Positions 9,167-18,152 of a DNA stretch of 64,000 nucleotides are shown here, in pieces (position 1 is the stretch's first letter; each line of letters starts with the position of its first letter). The position numbers and the translations under genes were made by a program. The notes beneath the pieces are model-generated. The model was not told the origin of the DNA and did not search any database. It worked only from the letters and a program-made list of their open reading frames with translations. The DNA lies in NCBI GenBank assembly GCA_964542645.1, contig CAZIUG010000003.1, forward strand, positions 130,501 to 194,500, given 5' to 3'. Source of the DNA: an uncultured Opitutales bacterium (GTDB lineage: Bacteria; Verrucomicrobiota; Verrucomicrobiia; Opitutales; UBA2987).

Positions 9167-10606
9167 ATGACCCGACCTAATATCCTTTGGTACTGTACCG
9201 ATCAGCAACGCTTCGACACAATTGGTGAACTAGGTAATCCATACGTTAGGACGTCTGCAATCGATTCCCTTGTAAAAGGGGGGGCCGCATTTACTCACGC
9301 ATACTGCCAGAGCCCGATTTGCACACCTAGTCGATCGAGTTACATGACTGGACTCTATCCCAGTCGCCTCCATAATACTCGTAATGGCAATGATACTTTT
9401 CCCGCTTGGCCTCCATTGGTCTCTAGGATTATGGCTGATGCTGGTTACGTTTGCGGATTGATCGGCAAGTTTCATCTGGTCAGCGCAGGTGGTCGACCTG
9501 AGCCGAGGTTAGATGATGGGTTTACCTATTGGCAGCATTCTCATGCTCCGCGTGATGATTGGCCACTCGGGACTCACCCCTATGCCGATTGGGTTCGTGC
9601 TCAGGGCCAGGACCTCAATGCCCTACGTGAATCGAAAGATCGCGTCCCGACCACACTTCATCAAACCAAGTGGGCTTCGGACCGAGCCATCGAGTTTATC
9701 AACTATGAGCATGGCTCACCCTGGATGTTAAATGTTAATGTATATGATCCTCATCCGCCTTTCATCCCCCCGGCTTCTTACTCTCGCAGATTCGATTCTA
9801 GTATTATGCCGGGTCCTTATTTCAGAGATTCCGACTTGGATAATCAGGCTAAACTGGAGAATGTCGATTTCCAAGGGGGAGCAATGCCACCGGAGGAGTT
9901 TGGAGGAAAGGATCTTCAAGCCAAATACTATGCAATGATCGCTCAGGTTGACGATCAGTTTGCCCGTATCATGGAGACCTTGGAAAAATCCGGCCAGATC
10001 GATAACACGGTAGTAGTGTTAACTTCGGACCATGGTGAGGCCCTTGGTGATCATGGGCTCGTGCAAAAGGGATGCCGATTCTATGAGGGCCTTAGCCGTG
10101 TTCCATTGATCTTCTCTTGGCCGGGTGTCATTGTCCCTAACCAGAAGCATTCAGGGTTAGTTGAGCTCCTCGATCTATCTGCCACCTTACTTTCGATCAG
10201 CGGGGTAGAGATTCCCGATTACCACCAAGGGCTAAATTTGCTGCCGATTCTTAAGGGAGAGCAAAGGGGAGATTCTATTCGGAAGAGTGTTCGCTGTGAA
10301 TACTTCGACGCTTTGGATACCCCTTCTAAGTTGCTGGGATTGGGGAAGGATTCCCCGGTAGCACTTACTAGAGAAGGAAGTGGCAGTTTTGCCACCATGT
10401 ATCGTACAGAGCACCATAAGATATGCGTCTATCACGATCAGGGGATAGGAGAGCTATTTGACCTCCAGGAGGATCCTTGGGAGTTTGACAATCTTTGGGA
10501 TGATCCGGCTCACGTTGATATAAGAAACCGCTTGATTTTTGAGAGTTTCAATTCGCATGTCTTGTTGACGACTGATGTGGGGTCCAAGCGAATTGCCCAG
10601 ATGTAG
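9167..10606 (+). CDS. Cys-type (formylglycine) sulfatase, no signal peptide
   Basis: CQSPICTPSRSSYMTGLYPSR carries the C-x-P-x-R formylglycine motif. LWYCTDQQRFD (metal site) and SDHGEALGDHG are present. The ORF track starts at TTG 9086. I prefer ATG 9167 (MTRPNILWYC), which matches the usual sulfatase N-terminus. Confidence 0.88.
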   Translation: MTRPNILWYCTDQQRFDTIGELGNPYVRTSAIDSLVKGGAAFTHAYCQSPICTPSRSSYMTGLYPSRLHNTRNGNDTFPAWPPLVSRIMADAGYVCGLIGKFHLVSAGGRPEPRLDDGFTYWQHSHAPRDDWPLGTHPYADWVRAQGQDLNALRESKDRVPTTLHQTKWASDRAIEFINYEHGSPWMLNVNVYDPHPPFIPPASYSRRFDSSIMPGPYFRDSDLDNQAKLENVDFQGGAMPPEEFGGKDLQAKYYAMIAQVDDQFARIMETLEKSGQIDNTVVVLTSDHGEALGDHGLVQKGCRFYEGLSRVPLIFSWPGVIVPNQKHSGLVELLDLSATLLSISGVEIPDYHQGLNLLPILKGEQRGDSIRKSVRCEYFDALDTPSKLLGLGKDSPVALTREGSGSFATMYRTEHHKICVYHDQGIGELFDLQEDPWEFDNLWDDPAHVDIRNRLIFESFNSHVLLTTDVGSKRIAQM

Positions 10607-10660
10607 GTAAGGGTTCAATTCACACCTCGACTAACAGGGAGTCCCATATTCCCTGTATTG

Positions 10661-11407
10661 CTAAATGCATCGACCGCCATCTACCTCCATGGCGATTCCG
10701 GTGATAAACGAGGCTTCATCTGAGGCCAAGAAAACTGCTGCCTGGGCGATATCGATTGGTTCACTGAATCGTCCCATTGGTACGGTTGCAATGATACCTG
10801 CCCGACGCTCCAAGGTGTCTTCTCCAATGAAATCTTTAAACATCCCGGTTTCACTTGCTACCGGGCATATAGCGTTCACTCGAATTTTCTCAGGGCCAAG
10901 CTCAATGGCCATTGATTTAGTCAATGCGATAATGGCGCCCTTGCTTCCGTTATACCAAGTCAGACCTGGACGCGGTCGAATACCTGCTGTGGAGGCCATG
11001 TTCAGAATCAATCCTTTGCCACGCTTTCGAAAGTACGGAATCACCGTCTGTGCACTGTGATAGAGGGACTTAACATTGACCGAAAATACCCGACTGAACG
11101 TGACTTCATCAACGTCAAGTAGTGGTTGGTTGGGATGGGCTATTCCCGCATTGTTCACTACCACATCCAAGTTACCAAAAGCCTCTAATGTCGCCTCTAC
11201 CATGGCCCGGTATTGGTTCCCCTCACTCACGTCCACCATCACGGGCAATGCTGTTTCCCCAATCGCATCAGCTACGACTTGTGCCCCCGCCATATTCAAG
11301 TCTGCAACTGTTACCCGAGCTCCCTCCTCCGCATATCTCCGGGCGATCTCGCGCCCAAACCCAGCCGCACCCCCTGTAACAATAGCTACTTTTCCTGATA
11401 GTCTCAT
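10661..11407 (-). CDS. Short-chain dehydrogenase/reductase (classical SDR)
   Basis: Motifs AIVTGGAAGFGRE (TGxxxGxG), NNAG and YNGSKGA (YxxxK). The track ORF extends to 11485, but MRLSGKVAIVTGG at 11407 is the typical SDR start. Confidence 0.85.
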   Translation of the reverse strand: MRLSGKVAIVTGGAAGFGREIARRYAEEGARVTVADLNMAGAQVVADAIGETALPVMVDVSEGNQYRAMVEATLEAFGNLDVVVNNAGIAHPNQPLLDVDEVTFSRVFSVNVKSLYHSAQTVIPYFRKRGKGLILNMASTAGIRPRPGLTWYNGSKGAIIALTKSMAIELGPEKIRVNAICPVASETGMFKDFIGEDTLERRAGIIATVPMGRFSEPIDIAQAAVFLASDEASFITGIAMEVDGGRCI

Positions 11408-11495
11408 CTTTTCAGTCTCTCCTTTCTGCCCAATCCTTTTCAACCCCGAAGTTTGTGCCGGAGGCTTCGAGGTCAGAATCATCAAGTATTTGAGA

Positions 11496-11513
11496 TTTTG
11501 AAATTCTTAGAAT
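11496..11513. promoter_or_regulatory. Candidate operator, copy 1: TTTTGAAATTCTTAGAAT (core ATTCT-T-AGAAT inverted repeat)
   Basis: Lies in the divergent SDR/enolase promoter region. It matches 23588-23605 at 17 of 18 positions. Related sites TTCTAGTAGA (11531-11540) and TTCTTAGAG (11551-11559) follow at intervals of about 20-27 nt. Confidence 0.4.
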
Positions 11514-11741
11514 AGACATTTCAGGAGTACTTCTAGTAGATTTGGTCTAGTTCTTAGAGGATGATGTAGATATTCTTCAAGGGTGAATTCAGCTCAATTT
11601 TGTTTTGGCTTGGCAACCTAAAGCGGTTATTGTTCCAGAATAATATACATGGTGTCTGGAGCTTATTGGTGGTAGGTGGCTTTGGTACAAGAATTGGCCG
11701 AGTGTAACAGATTGGATTAGATAAGGATAAGGAGAAAACGA

Positions 11742-12839
11742 ATGAAGATCACAGAAGTAGACCTATACATAGTGGAGAGAATTTCATCAAAAAAAGCGAG
11801 CTGGAGCCCGGCCCAGCCACCGGATAATGAGCTAGTATTTATTGCAGTTAGGACGGATGAAGGGATTGACGGTTACAGTATGGCATGGAGTTCGAGGGGA
11901 GGGCGCAGGATAGCAGAGGAGATAGCAGCCGTGATTAAACCGGAGCTTATAGGCGAGGATCCGATAAACCGGGAATATCTTTTTCACAAGATCCGCCAGG
12001 CCGATCGGTTTGGGGGTCATTTGCCGATTACGGCCCATGGCCCAATCGATGTAGCTCTATGGGATATAGCGGCTAAGAAAGCGGACCTACCGATTTACCA
12101 ACTAGCCGGTGGATATAGGGATCGCATCATGGCCTACGCCACAGGGGGACGATCTCCTGATCCTGAGTACTATATTAAGGATGCGATGGCAGCAAAGGAG
12201 CAGAACTTCAAGGCCTATAAATTGCACCCTCCAGGAGATGCCGATTTGGATATCGAATGTTGTCGTGCTGTGCGGAAAGCAATGGGGGACGATTTTATTC
12301 TTATGAGCGATCCAGTGGCTGCCTACGACCACGAAGATGCGTTGCGAGTGGGTAGAGAGTTAGAAAAATTAGACTACTTCTGGTACGAGGAGCCTTTGCA
12401 TGATTATGATGTCCACGGCTATGTCCAATTGGCCCAGGCTTTGGACATACCTATTGCGGGCTTGGAGTGGGCAAGTGGCAGCTACCATACAGCCGCTGAG
12501 TACCTTGTCCGGGGAGCAGTCGACATTGTTCGAAGTGACGTCTCATGGAAAGGAGGCATCACGGGTTACCTCAAGACTGCTCACCTATGTGAGGCATTTG
12601 GTGTTAACTGTGAAATTCACTTAGCTGTGTTCTCCTTGCTTAATTTGGCGAATCTCCATGCTGCTTGCGGGGTGCGCAACTGCCGTTTTCTGGAATTAAC
12701 CGTAAACCGTGATCACTTTGGTCTTTCCGAGGGGATCTCGGTCGATGAAGACGGTACCGTGCGAGCTCCTCAGGGACCGGGATTGGGTGTAGAACTCGAC
12801 TGGGAAACAATTGAAAAACATACGAAGATCCGCCTTTAA
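11742..12839 (+). CDS. Enolase-superfamily enzyme (racemase / acid-sugar dehydratase-like)
   Basis: 365 aa with WDIAAKKADLPIYQLAGG, YEEP and a C-terminal GPGLGVELD. The ATG is preceded by AAGGAGAAAA. Family-level call only. Confidence 0.8.
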   Translation: MKITEVDLYIVERISSKKASWSPAQPPDNELVFIAVRTDEGIDGYSMAWSSRGGRRIAEEIAAVIKPELIGEDPINREYLFHKIRQADRFGGHLPITAHGPIDVALWDIAAKKADLPIYQLAGGYRDRIMAYATGGRSPDPEYYIKDAMAAKEQNFKAYKLHPPGDADLDIECCRAVRKAMGDDFILMSDPVAAYDHEDALRVGRELEKLDYFWYEEPLHDYDVHGYVQLAQALDIPIAGLEWASGSYHTAAEYLVRGAVDIVRSDVSWKGGITGYLKTAHLCEAFGVNCEIHLAVFSLLNLANLHAACGVRNCRFLELTVNRDHFGLSEGISVDEDGTVRAPQGPGLGVELDWETIEKHTKIRL

Positions 12840-12909
12840 ATTGACTAGACAGACTGGTACCCAGGAGAAGCATCCTGTTTTAAATGAACAAGAATAGAGG
12901 TTAAGAGAT

Positions 12910-13593
12910 ATGGCTTTTAAAATTGCGAAGGTAGATAAGAGGTTTCTCAGTCCAGGGCCTCAACCAAATGGATTGCAAGCGGCGGCGGATGGGTTGTGGA
13001 TTATAGATCAGGTAGATCTGAAGGTCTACAAAGTAAATTATGAGAACGGAGAGGTGCTTTTTGAGGCACAGACCGATACAGAGCATTCGAGTGGGATTAC
13101 AATAGGAGATGGCGCGCTCTGGGTATCGTCAACCTTTCAGCTGGAGATCGCCAAAATTGATATGGAGACGGGGGAGTCGATTGCCAGGTATAATTCACCA
13201 GAATCGGGAGTTGTCTCGTGGGTGGCGGACCAAGTGAATGGTCGAGTCACGGGTGCACACGGGCTGGAATGGCGCGATGGGAGAATCTACATTGCTGTCC
13301 CGCCCTCTCAAAAGGTTCATGTTATGAATGTCGATCCATGGGAAGAAATAAACCAATTCCCTACTCCCGGCTTACGTAATCATGGATTGGCATGGGCAGA
13401 TGACGGGCGGCTATGGGTCGCAGACACATCAGCAGGAACGGTTTCATTGCTGGATCGCGAAGATGGGAGGATTTGGGAAGTGATTCGGGTGGAAGCGCCA
13501 GATGAAGTCCATGGATTAACCATTCACGAGGGTGTTCTTTGGTATTGTGACGCAAATACGCGGGATATTGGGAGATTAGTGGTAGAAGAGTGA
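12910..13593 (+). CDS. Small beta-propeller repeat protein (glutaminyl-cyclase-like / lactonase-like), function unknown
   Basis: 227 aa with a repeated blade-like pattern: GLWIIDQ, GALWVSS, GLEWRDGRIYIA, GLAWADDGRLWVAD, GLTIHEGVLWYCD. No secure family assignment by eye. Confidence 0.45.
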   Translation: MAFKIAKVDKRFLSPGPQPNGLQAAADGLWIIDQVDLKVYKVNYENGEVLFEAQTDTEHSSGITIGDGALWVSSTFQLEIAKIDMETGESIARYNSPESGVVSWVADQVNGRVTGAHGLEWRDGRIYIAVPPSQKVHVMNVDPWEEINQFPTPGLRNHGLAWADDGRLWVADTSAGTVSLLDREDGRIWEVIRVEAPDEVHGLTIHEGVLWYCDANTRDIGRLVVEE

Positions 13594-14043
13594 TAGAAGA
13601 GAAGTGTACCCTCTATTGACGGAGTACAGATTTTCCTCTGAAACCTAAAAATCCCGATTATCCCCGAGTTTGTGGGGCATTTAAGTGTCTTAAGGTTAGG
13701 CTAGCAAAAATCAAGGCCCAGGCCCTCTGAATTTGAAGTAAGACCATTTGGATTGCGGGGTAGGGTGTTCGTGAAGTAGTGTCCGACTATGGTGGCGATT
13801 TTTCGCAGCCTTTAAAAGAGCCGCCTTGGTAGTAGCGGTAGTGCTGTATGTAATCCACAGCTTATCTTTTCATGAGTTATTTGAACTTTCAGTAGGAAAA
13901 CATCGTTACTCTGGATCAATGAGTAGTGGTCGTTTGCAAATAATTCAGACTGGCATCGAGCCTGGTAGATTGAGTGGGGGCAACAGACTGGTCCCGCTTT
14001 TAGGATATATGATCGGCATTTGTAGACGAACGGGGTCCTTCGA

Positions 14044-15321
14044 GTGACTTCATCTTTTTCATATTTTCGTGGTAACCTGCTCGTGTTGATGGTGTCTGGT
14101 TCTCTGGGCATGTTCAGCCGAGGTATGGTTTTCCCCTACATACCGCTCTTCATTCTATCGCTTGGGGGCGACCCCGTTCAAGTGGGTATAGTCTATGCGT
14201 TGGGCCCTCTCGCCGGTATACTTGTATTTCCAATTGCCGGGTATCTCGCCGATTACATGAACCGAGCATGGTTGATAGTGGTTACAGGATATTTTTCAGC
14301 TGGAGTAGTATTAATCAACGCGGCGGCTCCGAGCTGGGAATGGGTCGCTCTGGCAAGCCTGCTAAGGGGTTTCTCGGTCTTCAACTTTCCTGCAGTTTCA
14401 TCGATCGTCGCAGACTCCCTGAGGCCCAAACGTCGAGGCCGAGGTATGGCCATCATGGCGGCATTGACCGGCCTCCCGGCACTTCTGGCTCCTTGGGCAG
14501 CGGGTTCAATGCTTGATGCCTTTGGAGTGGAAGCAGGAATGCGGATTCTCTATGTTGTGATGGCCTCAGCTTATGGCATTGGAGCAACGATCCAACTCAT
14601 CTTCCTCAAAGAAACGAGAACGCGAACCAAGGATTCGATTCGATTCAGTAACCTCTCCCGCACATTTAAAAGTTCCTACATCGATATTCCTCAAATGGTT
14701 AGGAACTTTCCTTCATCTCTTAGGGGACTTTCGGTGATCATCATTCTCTGCTTCATTGCCAACGGAATCGCTAGCCCCTTTTGGGTTATTTACGCTAACA
14801 CTTTCATTGGGCTATCTTCTGCGCAGTGGGGATTAATTCTTCTAATGGAGACGGCATTGAGACATCTTGCTACAATCCCTGCTGGATTTCTGATTGATCG
14901 ATTTGGGCGTTCTAGATTCGTAATCGGTGCCCTAGTCTCCTCGACTGCCATACCTTTATTCCTTTTGGCCGGAACATTCACGGAGGTCTTAGCAATTCGT
15001 TGTCTGGTAGGACTTACCTCAGCTTTTTTCAGCCCCTCGACTTCCGCTTTGCTGGCGGATCTTGTTCCTAGTGAGATCCGAGGGAGAACTATGGCGGCAA
15101 TTGGGCGTGGTTCGGTGATGATCGGGGCAGCCTCTGGTGGAACCGGCGGACCGGGCACGGGTTTTCTCATTGCAGTTCCTCTGATGCTCGCATCTTGGGC
15201 GGGTGGTCGACTTTATAGCTGGAATCCAGTTTCGACCTGGCTGTTGGTTTTGGCTTTGATGGTGGCCGCATTGGCAGTGGCTATCCTTTTCGTCAGGGAT
15301 CCAAAGAGTGCAGAAGAATAG
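14044..15321 (+). CDS. Major facilitator superfamily transporter
   Basis: 425 aa, hydrophobic throughout with about 12 predicted helices. Loops LADYMNRAW and IDRFGRSR resemble MFS motif A. GTG start. Confidence 0.8.
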   Translation: MTSSFSYFRGNLLVLMVSGSLGMFSRGMVFPYIPLFILSLGGDPVQVGIVYALGPLAGILVFPIAGYLADYMNRAWLIVVTGYFSAGVVLINAAAPSWEWVALASLLRGFSVFNFPAVSSIVADSLRPKRRGRGMAIMAALTGLPALLAPWAAGSMLDAFGVEAGMRILYVVMASAYGIGATIQLIFLKETRTRTKDSIRFSNLSRTFKSSYIDIPQMVRNFPSSLRGLSVIIILCFIANGIASPFWVIYANTFIGLSSAQWGLILLMETALRHLATIPAGFLIDRFGRSRFVIGALVSSTAIPLFLLAGTFTEVLAIRCLVGLTSAFFSPSTSALLADLVPSEIRGRTMAAIGRGSVMIGAASGGTGGPGTGFLIAVPLMLASWAGGRLYSWNPVSTWLLVLALMVAALAVAILFVRDPKSAEE

Positions 15322-15511
15322 GCACTGAGATATTTTCTATTAAGAGCCTTAAATAATCCAGCTCTGGCACCCAAAAATCTAATTTATCTGCGAGTTACTA
15401 AGTTCACCCGATTGACTTTTGATCAACATCTTCAAAGAGGATTGCTATATGAGGATGCAATCCAGATTTTTACTTCGAAGTTTACGAATTACACCAAGCA
15501 AGTTTCATGAT

Positions 15512-16747
15512 TCAGTCACAGATCACTGGACGGAGAGGATTGAGTCTAGCTGCTTTGGCTTTTTCCAAATTGGGAATCTGAATGGGATACGTAATTGTTC
15601 CCGGCACACCTGATTTCCAAACGGCGTGTGCTACAAGGCGTTGTCGAATGCTTCGCGTTTGACCGTGGCAATCTTCCAGATCCATGGTGGCTTTTTCGAG
15701 AGCAAGGATGGCGATATCGGCCTCTTGTCCCACGCCGAGAGTTCCAATGCGATCTTCCCACCCAATTGCTTTTGCTGGAGTGAAGGTGGAGGCTTCTATG
15801 ACCGCCTCTAAGGGCATACCAATATGGAGTAGCTTGGACATGACTGTTGGCATGTCATATGCGGGCCCTTCATGCGTAAAACAGTGTATATCGGTACTGA
15901 TGACATCGGGCCAAAATGACTCTGACGCACAGATCTCACCCACTGTCCAGTTAAACGCTCCCATCCCATGGCCTATGTCGAAAAACACGCCTTTTTCCCG
16001 GGCAGCGAGTACGGAAGGATGAATTTTTCTGCTGTTTGGATCAATTATGGAGCTGCGATATCCATGAAAAGCGTGCGTGTAGATATCATTCTTCGCCATA
16101 GCACCGGGACAGTCATCGAGGGGCACGACGGATAGACTATGGTGTACCATTAATGGGAGTCGGGTTCTGGCTGCGGTAGCTAAGGCGCGACGATAGGCTT
16201 CATCTTCATTTTTCCCTTTATCTGCCAATGTATCGCTTAAACGGACTTTTATCCCGACAAGCAAATCTCGGTTTGCCTCGATGCAATTGACGCAGTCTTC
16301 TTCATTAACAAGCTTCAGGGATTCAAGCTCCCCAAGATCAACCCCTCCTGCCAGGCTGCAAAAGGAGAGGCCGGCTCTCGAAATGTGGAGAAAAGCAAGG
16401 AGGCGTGTCCTGGACTGCTTCACGGAAAAAGCGCGAAATCCTGGGAATGTGTCACATCCGGCACTCCCGGCATCAACTGCAGTAGTGACACCCCGGCCAA
16501 GGCAGTAGTGATCGGCGTCCACGCTTAAAGGAGTGGCGTGGTTGTAAACATGGGTGTGAATATCGATCAGGCCTGGTGCAACCAGTTTTCCTGTGGCATC
16601 ATAGGTATCTCCGGCCAACGCGACATCCAGGTTTTCTGCTACCACTTCGATATGACCTGAGTTAATTCCAATGTCAAAAAATCCGTCAACGTCATTGGCT
16701 GGGTCGATAACCCGTCCCCCATGGAGAATCCAATCATATTTTTTCAT
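15512..16747 (-). CDS. Amidohydrolase-superfamily metallohydrolase (deacylase / D-aminoacylase / dihydroorotase-like)
   Basis: 411 aa. The N-terminus reads ILHGGRVIDP...GKLVAPGLIDIHTHVY (HxH metal motif), with later His and Asp ligands (VHHS, FDIGHG, STDIH). Confidence 0.8.
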   Translation of the reverse strand: MKKYDWILHGGRVIDPANDVDGFFDIGINSGHIEVVAENLDVALAGDTYDATGKLVAPGLIDIHTHVYNHATPLSVDADHYCLGRGVTTAVDAGSAGCDTFPGFRAFSVKQSRTRLLAFLHISRAGLSFCSLAGGVDLGELESLKLVNEEDCVNCIEANRDLLVGIKVRLSDTLADKGKNEDEAYRRALATAARTRLPLMVHHSLSVVPLDDCPGAMAKNDIYTHAFHGYRSSIIDPNSRKIHPSVLAAREKGVFFDIGHGMGAFNWTVGEICASESFWPDVISTDIHCFTHEGPAYDMPTVMSKLLHIGMPLEAVIEASTFTPAKAIGWEDRIGTLGVGQEADIAILALEKATMDLEDCHGQTRSIRQRLVAHAVWKSGVPGTITYPIQIPNLEKAKAARLNPLRPVICD

Positions 16748-16900
16748 TTATTCCCTTTTTTCGGTTTCCGCCTTTGCCCGCATCAGTTGCTGCTATTCGT
16801 TAGCATTTCGATTATAAGAAAGTTAGCCCTTTCTGTCGAATTGACATTACACTCATGCTTCAGCTTGTTTTCTGAAGAAAGCATCGTCGAGTCTCGATTC

Positions 16901-18058
16901 ATGAAAAAAGAACAGTTATCAAATCTAATGCAAAGGTTTCCCTCCATCAGTGACTTGAGGCAACGAACTCGTAGGAGGATTCCTCATGTTGCCTGGGAAT
17001 ATCTGGATTGTGGAACCGGCGAAGATCGAGCGGTTAGTCGCAATGTCGAACGTATGGCTAATGTTACTTTAATCCCCCAGTTTATGAAAGGCGTTCTGAC
17101 CCCTAAGATTTCCACGCGCTTATTCGGTCGTAATTACCGGGCGCCGATGGGGATCGCGCCCGTGGGCTTGGGAGGCCTGATGTGGCCCCATATGGAACGT
17201 ACTTTAGCAAGAACCGCTTCCCGATATTCGATTCCTTATTGTGTGAGTACGGTAGCTGCAGAATCACTCGAGACTTTGGGTCCGATAATCGGCGATATGG
17301 GATGGTTTCAACTTTACCCTCCGCGTGACTTGAAGGTCAGAACCGACTTACTTAAACGGGCCAAGGATTCAGGATTTACCACTTTGGTTGTGACGGCTGA
17401 TGTCCCCACAGCAAGTCGCCGGGAAAGGACGCTAAGAGCGGGACTGAGGATGCCGCCAAAGATCACTCCACGTTTTATTTGGGAGGCGTTGAAGCATCCT
17501 GTATGGACAATCCAAACCTTGAAGGCGGGATTACCCAAATTAAAGACGGTAGAAAAGTACGCTGACTCGGATAAAACTCACGATGTAGTGGATTACGTCG
17601 AGAAGTGCCTCGGAGGTACGCTTTCGTGGGATTACATAAAAGAGCTCCGAGAGGAATGGGAAGGCCCGCTCGTTATCAAAGGCATTCTGCACCCAGAAGA
17701 TGCGGAACGGGCAGTTGAGGTGGGAGTGTGTGGTATCCAAGTTTCAAATCATGGAGCTCGCCAGCTCGATGCCGTGCCTGCAGCTATTGATGTTCTGCCT
17801 GAGATTGTAAGGCAGGTTAACGGACGTGCACGAATACTCTTTGATAGTGGCGTAAGATCTGGTCTGGATATTATTCGTGCAATTGCGTTGGGTGCTGATT
17901 TTGTTTTCCTTGGGCGCGGCTTCATTTACGGAGTAGCTGCATTGGGTGAAATAGGGGGTGACTATGCCACCGAATTGCTAGAGACGGAGTTGAAAAATTG
18001 TATGGTCCAGCTCGGTTGCGAGGAATTATCGGAGCTCCCTGACACTATAGTAACCTAA
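16901..18058 (+). CDS. FMN-dependent alpha-hydroxy acid dehydrogenase/oxidase (LldD / glycolate oxidase family)
   Basis: Motifs PMGIAPVG, FQLY, TADVPTASRRERTLR and VSNHGARQLD. The track ORF starts at 16721 and overlaps the divergent gene. ATG 16901 (or 16928) gives the normal family length. Confidence 0.85.
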   Translation: MKKEQLSNLMQRFPSISDLRQRTRRRIPHVAWEYLDCGTGEDRAVSRNVERMANVTLIPQFMKGVLTPKISTRLFGRNYRAPMGIAPVGLGGLMWPHMERTLARTASRYSIPYCVSTVAAESLETLGPIIGDMGWFQLYPPRDLKVRTDLLKRAKDSGFTTLVVTADVPTASRRERTLRAGLRMPPKITPRFIWEALKHPVWTIQTLKAGLPKLKTVEKYADSDKTHDVVDYVEKCLGGTLSWDYIKELREEWEGPLVIKGILHPEDAERAVEVGVCGIQVSNHGARQLDAVPAAIDVLPEIVRQVNGRARILFDSGVRSGLDIIRAIALGADFVFLGRGFIYGVAALGEIGGDYATELLETELKNCMVQLGCEELSELPDTIVT

Positions 18059-18152
18059 TTCAGGCGCAAATTTCGAATTTGAATGTTCTTAAGGTCAACG
18101 TGATCTTGACCATTCTTAAGTAAGATCCTTTCCTTTGGTCTGAGGTCTTACT

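Noticed and set aside
10665-11501. Plus-strand ORFs of 131, 141, 85 and 61 aa
   Set aside because: They lie entirely antisense to the well-supported SDR gene. Their composition is low-complexity and rich in Pro, Ser and Ala, as expected for shadow ORFs.
11611-11624. Sigma-54-like promoter TGGCAACCTAAAGC (GG-N10-GC spacing) 118 nt upstream of enolase gene 11742
   Set aside because: The spacing is correct, but the -12 element (AAGCG) is poor compared with TTGCA/T. It is a single weak hit, so I did not report it as a feature.
13812-14111. 99-aa (minus) and 73-aa (plus) ORFs in the gap upstream of the MFS gene
   Set aside because: They overlap each other and the MFS start, and they lack motifs and ribosome-binding sites. 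They are probably non-coding.
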